Assembly: GCA_051382335.1 (NCBI GenBank)
Contig: JBBCAX010000147.1
Coordinates: 1-37,240 of the forward strand
Length of the DNA stretch: 37,240 bases
Direction: 5' to 3'
Source: Deltaproteobacteria bacterium TL4
GTDB lineage: Bacteria > SAR324 > NAC60-12
The notes beneath the pieces were generated by a model. It was given only the letters and a program-made list of their open reading frames with translations. It did not search any database and was not told where the DNA came from. Positions 8,847 to 17,630 of the stretch are shown piece after piece (the first letter of the stretch is position 1; the number at the start of each line of letters is the position of its first letter). Both the position numbers and the translations under genes were made by a program.

Positions 8847-9635
8847 TTGACCTTCCACCCCCTAAAGGCAATAATGGCAATTATTTTTTTCATACTCGGA
8901 TTTTTAGCATTAATCGCAACGATCAGCGTAAAAAATCCCATTTCTCCAAAGCATATGGATGCCCAAGATCGTCTTCAGAGAAGAAAATGGGAATATCGTA
9001 TTTTCGGTGGTCTTTGTTTAGGCTTTGGATCCCTTTTTTGGACGTTGACCCCTCCTGAATTACAATTAGTGGAAATCAAACATGGCGGTGATTCGGCGAA
9101 CGCCCTGAATACCGTGGATCTTTGTTTTAACCAAAACCCGAACTGGAAAACCAAAAAATTCCGTTACAAACTCATTTATCAAATTGTCACCTCTGACGAA
9201 AGTGGTTATACGGACTATGATAGTGCGCCCTCATTTGGAGATGATGTCAAAAACAAGTGTCCTGACTGCTGCTATCACTTAAAATTAGGTCCCAAACTCA
9301 ATCAACAAGATACTTACGTCACTCAGGAAGGCGAAACTTTATTTTCCGAAAAAGCCTTAAGAGCACAAATTCGGGAAGAGGGGATACGGAAGAAAATCAA
9401 TGCGTTTCATTTCAGTGTTGAAGATATTCTGGAGGGAAAACACATCTATCATTATTCGTGCACTGACGGTCCCTGCCTGCTTGTCTTTCAAACAGTTCCT
9501 CAAAAACCTTGGCTGATCCGTCAAAAACGGAAAATGCGGACAGAGGAATTGAATTTGAGAAGAGAGCAGAAGCCACAGGAGGGCAAACCTCAAGAAGCGG
9601 AAGAATCAGATTATATTCCCTCTTATATGCGTTGA
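8847..9635 (+). CDS. Hypothetical membrane protein (two N-terminal TM helices, Cys-containing soluble domain)
   Basis: 262-aa ORF 24 bp after the previous gene. Start uncertain (TTG 8847 or ATG 8874). Confidence 0.7.
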   Translation: MTFHPLKAIMAIIFFILGFLALIATISVKNPISPKHMDAQDRLQRRKWEYRIFGGLCLGFGSLFWTLTPPELQLVEIKHGGDSANALNTVDLCFNQNPNWKTKKFRYKLIYQIVTSDESGYTDYDSAPSFGDDVKNKCPDCCYHLKLGPKLNQQDTYVTQEGETLFSEKALRAQIREEGIRKKINAFHFSVEDILEGKHIYHYSCTDGPCLLVFQTVPQKPWLIRQKRKMRTEELNLRREQKPQEGKPQEAEESDYIPSYMR

Positions 9636-9820
9636 TTGTCTCCTGGCCACCACGTGAGCACACTGGATGAGTTCAGGTTCGTTTTCATTGGCGTTGTTGT
9701 GCTGTCGATTTGGTTTCTTAAGCTTTTGCGTTACGAAAGCTTAAGATTTTTTGAATTCGTACCCTGGATTGCTTTAATAAATCTGAGGAGGTACCGTTGG
9801 ATCCATCCTGGAGGAAAAAT

Positions 9821-10732
9821 ATGGAAGAGTTTAAACCGTTTTGGGGAGATCAGTCAGAGGTTAAAACCTATATCAGTGAAGATCGAGGTAACGTTAAAAT
9901 CACGTATGAGTCCTTAGGAGAAGGAACCGACAAGGTGGTGGTTTTGGCCAATGGGCTAGGTGGTCGTTTTTATACCTGGGAACCTCTTGTTAAAAAGTTG
10001 TGGCCGGAGTATCGAATCCTCACCTGGGATTATCGAGGCTTGTTTGAATCCGGTTCCCCGGATCAAAACCGACATCTCTCCATTCCAAACCATGCTGAAG
10101 ACTTGGCTCAAATTTTGAGGATTGAGAAGATTTCCAAAGTGATGATTGTTGGCTGGTCGATGGGAGTGCAGGTGGCTATTGAGTTTGCAACACTTTACCC
10201 TGAAAAAGTGGAAAAGTTGGTATTGCTTAACGGAACTTATGGACACACCTTGTCCACCGCATTCCAGCCATTTATCAGAATTCCCAATATGGACAGGATT
10301 TTCCATGAAGCCATTGATTATGTAAAAGACCACCCGGAATTGACAAAGCTTGCGAGCAAGGCTTTAACCTCAAGGTTCGTCATGCCAATGACCATCATTG
10401 TTCCGGCGCTCATTTCCAAAAACCCCAAAATCAAATATGCGCTATATCAATACATTCAGGACGTTTGTGGCGCGGATCTGATAAACTATATCCAATTGTT
10501 TCAGGAACTTGACGCTCATTCCACTTATCATCGATTAAAAGAAATCTATCAACCGACTTTGTTGATATCAGGAGGCTTGGATTTTCTGACGCCCGCTTAT
10601 CAGTCCAAAGAAATGCTGAAGAAACTCCCTAATGCTCAAGCCATGCATTTCAAATTCGGGACCCATTTTACCATCTTGGAACACCCTAAAAAAGTACCAA
10701 ACCGGATCTATGAATTTTTTAAAGAAGCCTGA
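9821..10732 (+). CDS. Alpha/beta-fold hydrolase
   Basis: ANGLGG oxyanion region, WDYRG, GWSMG nucleophile elbow, G-x-x-D and GTHF catalytic His. ATG 9821 is preceded by GGAGG. Confidence 0.9.
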   Translation: MEEFKPFWGDQSEVKTYISEDRGNVKITYESLGEGTDKVVVLANGLGGRFYTWEPLVKKLWPEYRILTWDYRGLFESGSPDQNRHLSIPNHAEDLAQILRIEKISKVMIVGWSMGVQVAIEFATLYPEKVEKLVLLNGTYGHTLSTAFQPFIRIPNMDRIFHEAIDYVKDHPELTKLASKALTSRFVMPMTIIVPALISKNPKIKYALYQYIQDVCGADLINYIQLFQELDAHSTYHRLKEIYQPTLLISGGLDFLTPAYQSKEMLKKLPNAQAMHFKFGTHFTILEHPKKVPNRIYEFFKEA

Positions 10733-10765
10733 TTCTCAAAAACTTTTCCGGTTAGGCTCTGGTCA

Positions 10766-10807
10766 AAACAGGGGGCACTTCCCAGGCCTCAGAAGCGCCC
10801 CCTGTTT
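10766..10807 (-). terminator. Intrinsic terminator between convergent genes
   Basis: 16-bp stem AAACAGGGGGC(A/G)CTTC. The single mismatch is a G-U pair on the minus strand, which ends in a U-run. Confidence 0.7.
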
Positions 10808-10824
10808 CCGCAAAAGGTCCCGTA

Positions 10825-11883
10825 TTATTTGGCTTTTTCGTCTGCCTTTTTATCGGTAATCAGATCGGTACGGGTTTTTATCAGTTTTTCTCCAATCCAA
10901 CTGCTCAACACATAAAACCAGGAAGTCGAACGTTTATTGAAGGCTTCGACGCTTTGTTGCAGGGTTTCATCAGCAGAGGTCCCCTTGAATTCCATTTCAA
11001 AGGTAGTGTAGTAATTCTTGTCCTCTTGAGTTGCTTCTGAACCTCGTGTTACATGAATCACTCTTCCGTCCAATAATTCCATGCTTATTTCCGACAACGT
11101 TTCTCGTCCTGTTGTTGTTACCGGAGTGCTTGAGGATACAATTTTTGAAAAATCCAATTTTTTAAATACGCCACTGAGTTCTTTGAGCTTATCCTGTTTT
11201 ACCGTTTTATTCTCAGCCAAACCTTCCATCGTCCATGGGGCCTCGGCATTATCTCTATTAAAGTGAAGCGTTTCTTCTTTATTTTTGAGGGTAATGGACT
11301 TTGCCAATTTTTCGCCATCGATATTGAGGATTTGCTTATTCAGCCAGCCCTCTTTTTCTACATCAACATGAATTGTTTCTGGAATCAGAAAAACGGTCGA
11401 CTGACCCGCATAGCGTATATATTGTCCTCCTCCACTTTCACGATCTTTCCCCAGCCATAATTCCAAAAGGGGTTCCTGATTGCCCTGAAGCTTAACCAGG
11501 GTTCCTGTTTTGTCTTCTTCCCATTTTCCCTCATTTTCGTCGAGCGTCAGAAGGTGAAACCGGGAGTGATGCTTTGGATTGTCAGTAACAATACCGGAGC
11601 GTTTTACTTCCAGGAGTTTCAACAACAGATCCTTGATGTTTTGAGAATCCGCTTCGTAATTCAAGCCATCAATCATCCAAATTTCCTGATCCCCTTTGGA
11701 GAGCTCTATTTTTTCACTGCTGCCTTGAATGATGATTTTTGATAACGACTGGAGATCGGGGTTTTCAAGGACAGGGACATTGACTTGTGGTGAGGATTGA
11801 TTTACTTTTTTTTGTTGAAACAACCAGAGTCCCCCGCCAGTAACAACAAGTATTAACGTCGCGATAAATAGTTTTTTTAACAT
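10825..11883 (-). CDS. DUF4340-like membrane-anchored periplasmic protein
   Basis: Single N-terminal TM; W...Y-x-AD, LWLGK, QYIR..G...VFL, W-x-NK and FNR...W motifs; RBS GGAGG. Confidence 0.7.
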   Translation of the reverse strand: MLKKLFIATLILVVTGGGLWLFQQKKVNQSSPQVNVPVLENPDLQSLSKIIIQGSSEKIELSKGDQEIWMIDGLNYEADSQNIKDLLLKLLEVKRSGIVTDNPKHHSRFHLLTLDENEGKWEEDKTGTLVKLQGNQEPLLELWLGKDRESGGGQYIRYAGQSTVFLIPETIHVDVEKEGWLNKQILNIDGEKLAKSITLKNKEETLHFNRDNAEAPWTMEGLAENKTVKQDKLKELSGVFKKLDFSKIVSSSTPVTTTGRETLSEISMELLDGRVIHVTRGSEATQEDKNYYTTFEMEFKGTSADETLQQSVEAFNKRSTSWFYVLSSWIGEKLIKTRTDLITDKKADEKAK

Positions 11884-12012
11884 AAAACCTCCTTTTGTTA
11901 TTATTAAATACCTTTGGATCAGACAACAACTCCATATTCAAAGTGAATACGTTTTGATTAAAACAGCACCTCCCTTTGAAACTCAACAAGTAATGCGTCT
12001 GCGTCTCATTTA

Positions 12013-12027
12013 TGGCACTCATCTTGC
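12013..12027 (+). promoter_or_regulatory. Sigma54 -24/-12 promoter
   Basis: TGGCAC-TCATC-TTGC matches TGGCAC-N5-TTGC, in an intergenic region facing the 71-aa ORF. Confidence 0.6.
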
Positions 12028-12164
12028 GTACTCATAATGAGTCAAGTTTTGCAGTCTGCACACTTGACAACCCAACACAGAAGTTATTATTTTTTGAAAA
12101 TTCTTTTGCTGTTTTCTTTCACTGCAAACAAAGATTGTTAACCTTTCTCATCCAGAAAAACACC

Positions 12165-12380
12165 ATGGATACAAACAAACTTGATAAAGTTTTGAACGAC
12201 ATTAAACGCCACCAAAACTGGATCAGCCATCGGATGACGATGTGTGCCGTGATTCATCAGCAAGCTGAGGATCAATGGCGTTCGGCTCCCAACGAAGCGA
12301 CTAAAGAGTATATGATTAATAAAATGCGCTTTTTCGCACAAATGAAAGAAGGATTCAAGTATTTATCTAAGCTTACTTAA
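12165..12380 (+). CDS. Small hypothetical helical protein (71 aa)
   Basis: MDTNKLDKVLNDIKRHQNW...; in frame with the track ORF 12012-12380, whose 5' extension overlaps the sigma54 motif. RBS is weak. Confidence 0.55.
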   Translation: MDTNKLDKVLNDIKRHQNWISHRMTMCAVIHQQAEDQWRSAPNEATKEYMINKMRFFAQMKEGFKYLSKLT

Positions 12381-12673
12381 GATTTGCGTGACCCCCTACC
12401 GTGGTCCTTGGATCCTCTGTCTCAGAACAGGCTTCACTCACGCAAAAAATAACTTTTAGAAAAATTTTAAACACCTAAACCCATAAGACAGTTTTGATTG
12501 AGTTGTTGTTTTGAATTCATTACGGTTGCGCCTTCGCATAATTCAAAGTGTTTTCTTCGTATTATTCCTTTGAATGTGCAAACTCTTTTTCAATATTCTG
12601 ATGGCCTGACGCAAAGCAACAGAGTTTCTAGGGAAACATAGGTGGTATAACTGTCCAGTAAAGTTTTGTCCTG

Positions 12674-12721
12674 GGAGCGCTGGCATCTTGCCCGCAAAAG
12701 CGGGTGAGACGCCCGCACTCC
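12674..12721. repeat. REP-like hairpin (GGAG-type doublet)
   Basis: GGAGCGCTGGCATCTTGCCCGC-AAAA-GCGGGTGAGACGCCCGCACTCC, 22-nt imperfect arms (17/22). Confidence 0.7.
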
Positions 12722-12887
12722 GCGCGCCTGTGAGCGTACATGAACAGAGAGGTGAAAGTCCTCTTCAGGTATACACTCTCCAGCCTGTAACCGACTGTAA
12801 CCGCGTCGCCGCAAGGCGGGGTGGAGAGCAACAGAAGGTGAGCGGCCAGTCCATAGGATAACGAACTCGATTCGGCCTGATGTATAT
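12722..12887 (+). mobile_element. 5' fragment (domain I) of a group II intron; no RT ORF or domains V/VI
   Basis: Starts GCGCGCC (variant of GUGYG). Contains the GAGAGGTGAAAGTCCTCTT hairpin, the CGCCGCAAGGCG GNRA hairpin and GGATAACGAACTCGATTCGGCC, in the order recalled for compact bacterial group II introns. Confidence 0.8.
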
Positions 12888-12935
12888 TAGACATCTTTCC
12901 TAAATAAACGCTGGATTTTAGCGGGTTTGTAGAAA

Positions 12936-13380
12936 GGGTACCGCTTAAGCGAAGCGAGCGCGCCACTCAAGGTAGTGTGCCGCTTAAGCGAAGCGAGCGC
13001 ACCACTCAAGGCAGGGTGCTTAGGGTAGGGTGCCGCTTAAGCGAAGCGAGCGCACCACTCAAGGTAGGGTGCTTAGGGTAGTGTGCCGCTTAAGCGAAGC
13101 GAGCGCACCACTCAAGGTAGGGTGCCGCTTAAGCGAAGCGAGCGCACCAGAAAGCCGCCATCCCCTTATTTGTGGTGCGCTCTGGCTTAACTCTTATCGC
13201 CTCCGGCTGGATTTGTGGTGCGCTCGCTTCGCTTAAGCGGCACCCTACTGGCTTAACTCCTATCGCCACCTGGCGGATTTGTGGTGCGCTCGCTTCGCTT
13301 AAGCGGCACCCTACTGGCTTAACTCCTATCGCCACCTGGCGGATTTGTGGTGTGCTCGCTTCGCTTAAGCGGCACCCTAC
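12936..13380. repeat. GTAG-type REP cluster (BIME-like): 5 direct plus 3 inverted copies of a 33-mer
   Basis: GTAGGGTGCCGCTTAAGCGAAGCGAGCGCACCA at ~12936 (5'-degenerate), 12972, 13025, 13078 and 13117. Reverse copies at 13216, 13282 and 13348 (66-bp period), plus a partial copy at 13173. Confidence 0.9.
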
Positions 13381-13382
13381 TG

Positions 13383-14280
13383 ACTCAGCAATTCCAAATT
13401 TGAAATCCATCGTGAATTAACTGTTCTTATTGTTTGATCTCAGTTACTTTGCAGATATCATTAACCCTCATTTTAGGTGCAAGAGATGTCTTCAAGTTTA
13501 AATTTTGATAGCTTTGTTAGCAAGATTAATAATGTATTTGAAAATCTAACCGATAATCGTATGTTCAGCCCCAATCTTCAATATTCCGTTAAAGACGCTG
13601 CTTTAGGAGCCTTTTCAGTATTTTTTAGCCAGTCTCCCTCCTTTCTATCCCATCAACGCCAGAGGCATCAGTCTCAAGGGAAGGATAACGCGCAAACCCT
13701 GTTTGAGATAGAACAAATTCCCAGCGACCCTCAAATTCGCAATTTATTAGATCCCGTTGCTCCTGGTGAACTTCATAGCGTTTTTAGCGAGACCTTTGAA
13801 GAACTCGAACAACAAGGATATCTTCAAGAGTATCGCTTTTTTGCGGATTATCGATTGATGGCTCTAGATAGGACAGACTACTTTAGCTCCTCTAAAATCA
13901 GTTGCGACAACTGTTCTACCAAGCATCATAAGAATGGGAAAGTGAGTTACTCCCATAAAGTTTTAACTCCTGTGGTGGTTGCCCCTAAAAACTCAAAAGT
14001 CATTGTGCTAGAACCTGAATTCCTTACGCCTCAAGACGGTTCTGAAAAACAAGACTGTGAACTTAACGCGGCAAAACGATGGATTGAAAAGCATAGCCAT
14101 CTTGCCTCCAAACAGATCATCATTTTGGGAGATGAGCTGTTTTCTAGAAATCCTTTTTGTCAACTGCTGTTAGAAAAGGTTTTGCTTTTATCTTGGTTTG
14201 TAAGCCTGATTCTCACAAAACTCTTTATGAAGGGATCGCGTCGAGGGAAAAAAGCAATGAGTTAGAATCCTTTTCTAAAA
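13383..14280 (+). pseudogene. Decayed DDE transposase (ISNCY-like) with putative left end; frameshifted and 3'-truncated
   Basis: ORF 13477-14265 with DAALGAFSVFFSQSPSFL, IPSDPQIRNLLD, ALD-x-T-x-YFSS, CDNC and QDGSEKQDCE. The conserved FILVCKPDSHKTLYE continues in another frame after ~14178. Putative end ACTCAGCAATTCCAAATTTG at 13383. Confidence 0.8.
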
Positions 14281-14568
14281 GAAGGGAATCTAACCATACT
14301 CAATGTTCGTCCAACAGAGGAATATATTCAAGGCCATCTTCCCAATGCGATAAATATCCCGCATCAGGAACTTAAAGATCGCATCCGAGAGATCCCGATA
14401 GATCAAAAGGTGATTGCGTATTGCAGAGGAACTTACTGTGTTACCGCTTACGAGACAGTGGCTAAGTTACGAGCGAAAGGATTTAAAGTGAGACGCTTGG
14501 AAGCGGGATTCCCAGAATGGAAATACGAGGGATTTCCTGTAGAAATTCATGAGAGTTCAACGGGTTAG
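14281..14568 (+). pseudogene. Start-less rhodanese domain, C-terminal half of an ArsR-rhodanese-type protein
   Basis: Manual translation: EGNLTILNVRPTEEYIQGHLPNAINIP...VIAYCRGTYC...VRRLEAGFPEW...TG*. No usable start codon follows the in-frame TAG at 14263. Confidence 0.8.
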
Positions 14569-14677
14569 AGGGGTTGGACTGATTATTAGAATTCATTTTT
14601 AAGGACTTTTAAAAAGGTGTGACGCCATTGGGGTGGATCATACCCACTTCGTAAATAATGCAATTTAAGGAGTCATT

Positions 14678-15043
14678 ATGGCACTTGAACATTTAACTAT
14701 GGAAACATTCAAGAACAAAGTTTTTGATTATGAAAACTCGAAAGAATGGAATTTCAAAGGAGATCGACCGGTATTGATTGATTTTTATGCGGACTGGTGT
14801 GGCCCTTGTAAAACGATAGCCCCTATCTTGGAGGAGCTGGCCTTGGAGTATCAAGAGCAAATCGATATTTACAAAATAAACACTGAAGAACAACAGGATC
14901 TATCAGCGATGTTTGGAATTCGCAGCATCCCTTCTCTTCTTTTTATTCCTTTAGAAGAAAAGCCTCAAATGAGCATGGGGGCTTTACCCAAAGCGTCTTT
15001 GAAAAAGATGATCAAAGAAGTTTTAAAAATTGAAAAAAGTTAG
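14678..15043 (+). CDS. trxA: Thioredoxin
   Basis: DFYADWCGPCK active site, IRSIPSL cis-Pro motif, RBS AAGGAG. Confidence 0.95.
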   Translation: MALEHLTMETFKNKVFDYENSKEWNFKGDRPVLIDFYADWCGPCKTIAPILEELALEYQEQIDIYKINTEEQQDLSAMFGIRSIPSLLFIPLEEKPQMSMGALPKASLKKMIKEVLKIEKS

Positions 15044-15065
15044 CTGCATAAAGAATAACGTTATT

Positions 15066-15096
15066 TGCGCTTGAGTCGTAACGTAACTCAAGCGCA
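15066..15096. terminator. Hairpin between convergent trxA and glgP
   Basis: Perfect 11-bp stem TGCGCTTGAGT/ACTCAAGCGCA; no strong U-tract. Confidence 0.55.
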
Positions 15097-15101
15097 TGAG
15101 G

Positions 15102-17609
15102 TTATCGTTGTTTGTAAACCCCTGTTTCTATAGGAACAGGCTTCAAATCCCAGATATCGTTTGCATATTCCTGGATAGTCCGATCACTTGAAAATTTCCC
15201 CATATTTGCGGTATTGTAAATGGACATTTTGGTCCACTGCTCCTTGTTTAAGAACGCTTGACTCGCTTTCGCTTGACATTCAGCATAACTTTTAAAATCA
15301 GCCAATAGCAGATAACGGTCATCATAAACTAAAGAGTTATAAATATCGTTATAGAGATGGGGGTTTCCTCGATTAAAGAAACCGGTATTAATCATTTCCA
15401 AGGCTTCTTTCAACTCTACGGTTTCCTGATAATGAACTCTAGGGTTATAGTTATTTTTCTTTAGTTGAGTGACTTCTACTTCAGAGAGCCCAAAAATAAA
15501 GATATTATCAGCACCAACTTCCTCAAAAATCTCAATATTAGCACCATCCATCGTCCCCATGATGATGGTTCCATTCAGCGAAAACTTCATATTTCCTGTT
15601 CCGGAGGCTTCCGTCCCTGCTGTGGAGATTTGTTGGGAAAGGTTTGCCGCAGGTATTATTTTTTCCGCAATGGAAACTCCATAGTTGGGCACAAAGATGA
15701 TTTTAAGCTGGTCTTTGACAGCCGGATCCTGATTGACAACACGGGCAACATCGTTAATCAAGTTGATGATCAACTTTGCCATATAATATCCAGGGGCCGC
15801 TTTTCCTCCAAAAATGATAGTCCGTGGAACAAAAGGGATCTCAGGATTTTTTTTAATACGGGAATAAAGGACAACCGCATGAATGATATTGAGCAGTTGA
15901 CGTTTGTATTCATGAATTCTCTTGATTTGAACATCAAACATGGATTCAGGATTGACGACAACATCCATTTCTTTTTTTATCCACTCTGCCAGTTGGACTT
16001 TCTTTGCCGATTTTGCAGCGCGCCATGCATTTTGAAACTCAGCATCCTCCGCCAAAGATTCGAGTTGTTTCAATTCGTCTAAATGCGTTACCCATTGCTC
16101 TCCAATATTTTGAGTGATTAATGTTGAAAGCTCAGGATTTGAAGCTTTGAGCCATCGACGTGGGGTAATGCCATTGGTCTTATTTTGAAACTTTTCCGGG
16201 TAAAGGGCATAAAAATCTTTAAACACGGTTGTTTTCAATAATTCGGTGTGAAGTGCGGCAACGCCATTAACCGCGTGACTTCCTACGATGGCTAAATGGG
16301 TCATTCGAATGTGTTTAGGCCATCCTTCTTCAACCAGGGACAACCGGACTAAAAGTTCTGCGTCTCCAGGGTGTGTTTGCTCGACTTCTTTCATAAAACG
16401 TTGATTGATTTCATAAATAATCTGAAGGTGTCGAGGCAGTAAGTGTCCTAAGATGTCCACCGACCATTTTTCTAAAGCTTCAGGAAGCACCGTATGGTTG
16501 GTGAAAGCAAAGGTTTTGGCTGAGATTTTCCAGGCGTCTTCCCACTCTAAGTGTTCTATATCCATTAATATCCGCATCAATTCAGGAATCGCTATGGAAG
16601 GATGTGTATCATTGAGTTGAATCGCAACTTTGTCTGGAAACTCTTCAAAAGTGTGGAAATCAAGTTTATAACGTCGGACAATATCCTGTAAGGAAGCAGA
16701 CACAAAAAAATACTGTTGTTTGAGTCGTAACTCTTTCCCTGAAAATTCTTTATCATTAGGATACAAGACTTTTGAAATCGTTTCACTTTTCTGTTTTTCC
16801 TCCACCGCTTTCATATAATCTCCTTTGTTAAAAAGGGAGAAATCAAAATCTTTTGATGGGCGGGTTTGCCATAATCTCAAATTATTGACGGTTCGGTTGC
16901 CATAGCCCGTAATCGGGACATCATACGGCATTGCCAATACATCTTTTGTGTCAATCCATTCATGATGAACGGCTCCCGTTTCATCACGAGATTCATGAAC
17001 TCTTCCAAAAAATTTAACCGGATACATTAAATCCCATTGGGGAATTTCCCAAGGATACCCTTTTTCTAACCAGCTATCGGGATACTCGACTTGTTGTCCG
17101 TTCTCAAACTTTTGTTTAAAAATTCCATACTCATAACGAATTCCATACCCGTAAGCCGGTAGTTGCATCGTCGCCAGAGAGTCTAAAAAACATGCGGCCA
17201 AACGTCCTAAACCTCCATTCCCTAAACCGGCATCTTCTTCGACTTCTTCCAAATCATTCAAACTGATCCCCATTTCTGCGAGTGCGGTTTGGCATTCATC
17301 ATAAATCCCTAAATTAATGAGATTATTTTTTAAACTGCGCCCCATCAGATATTCCAGGGAAAGATAAAATACCCGCTTACATTTTTCTTTATGATAGGTT
17401 TGTTGTGTATCATTCCAAAACTCGACAAGCCGGTCTCTGATCGTGAGAATTAAGCTTTCAAATAAGTCAAAATTTTTGACCGTATAGCGGTTTTTACATA
17501 GTGAATACTCCAAATGATTGGCCATTGATTCGATAATGGCTTGAGGATCCATTCTTCGGTAAGCGGCTACCTGTTTCCAAAGTATCTCAATATTGCTTGA
17601 ATTGGGCAT
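15102..17609 (-). CDS. glgP: Glycogen/alpha-glucan phosphorylase
   Basis: GLGNGGLGRLAAC, QLNDTHP, KRIHEYKRQ and the PLP-lysine motif EASGTGNMKF. Confidence 0.97.
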   Translation of the reverse strand: MPNSSNIEILWKQVAAYRRMDPQAIIESMANHLEYSLCKNRYTVKNFDLFESLILTIRDRLVEFWNDTQQTYHKEKCKRVFYLSLEYLMGRSLKNNLINLGIYDECQTALAEMGISLNDLEEVEEDAGLGNGGLGRLAACFLDSLATMQLPAYGYGIRYEYGIFKQKFENGQQVEYPDSWLEKGYPWEIPQWDLMYPVKFFGRVHESRDETGAVHHEWIDTKDVLAMPYDVPITGYGNRTVNNLRLWQTRPSKDFDFSLFNKGDYMKAVEEKQKSETISKVLYPNDKEFSGKELRLKQQYFFVSASLQDIVRRYKLDFHTFEEFPDKVAIQLNDTHPSIAIPELMRILMDIEHLEWEDAWKISAKTFAFTNHTVLPEALEKWSVDILGHLLPRHLQIIYEINQRFMKEVEQTHPGDAELLVRLSLVEEGWPKHIRMTHLAIVGSHAVNGVAALHTELLKTTVFKDFYALYPEKFQNKTNGITPRRWLKASNPELSTLITQNIGEQWVTHLDELKQLESLAEDAEFQNAWRAAKSAKKVQLAEWIKKEMDVVVNPESMFDVQIKRIHEYKRQLLNIIHAVVLYSRIKKNPEIPFVPRTIIFGGKAAPGYYMAKLIINLINDVARVVNQDPAVKDQLKIIFVPNYGVSIAEKIIPAANLSQQISTAGTEASGTGNMKFSLNGTIIMGTMDGANIEIFEEVGADNIFIFGLSEVEVTQLKKNNYNPRVHYQETVELKEALEMINTGFFNRGNPHLYNDIYNSLVYDDRYLLLADFKSYAECQAKASQAFLNKEQWTKMSIYNTANMGKFSSDRTIQEYANDIWDLKPVPIETGVYKQR

Positions 17610-17630
17610 AATACTCCTTATGATATAGAA

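Noticed and set aside
7086..9635. Magnetosome (Mad-like coiled-coil) or defence-system genes
   Set aside because: No recognisable mam/mad, nuclease, NTPase or RT motifs, and no supporting neighbours.
13216..13380. CRISPR array (33-bp repeats, 33-bp spacers)
   Set aside because: The spacers are copies of each other, the repeats also occur inverted upstream with 6-20-nt linkers, they begin with the REP tetranucleotide GTAG, and no cas genes are present.
12590..13420. Track ORFs 12590-12814, 12628-12966, 13030-13236, 13129-13410 and 13172-13420
   Set aside because: They are antisense or through-repeat translations of the intron fragment and the REP array.
14170..14185. Programmed -1 frameshift at GAA-AAG in the transposase
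   Set aside because: An A_AAG tetramer is present, but the gene also has degenerate motifs (ALDRT, GDEL) and is truncated, so decay is the simpler explanation.
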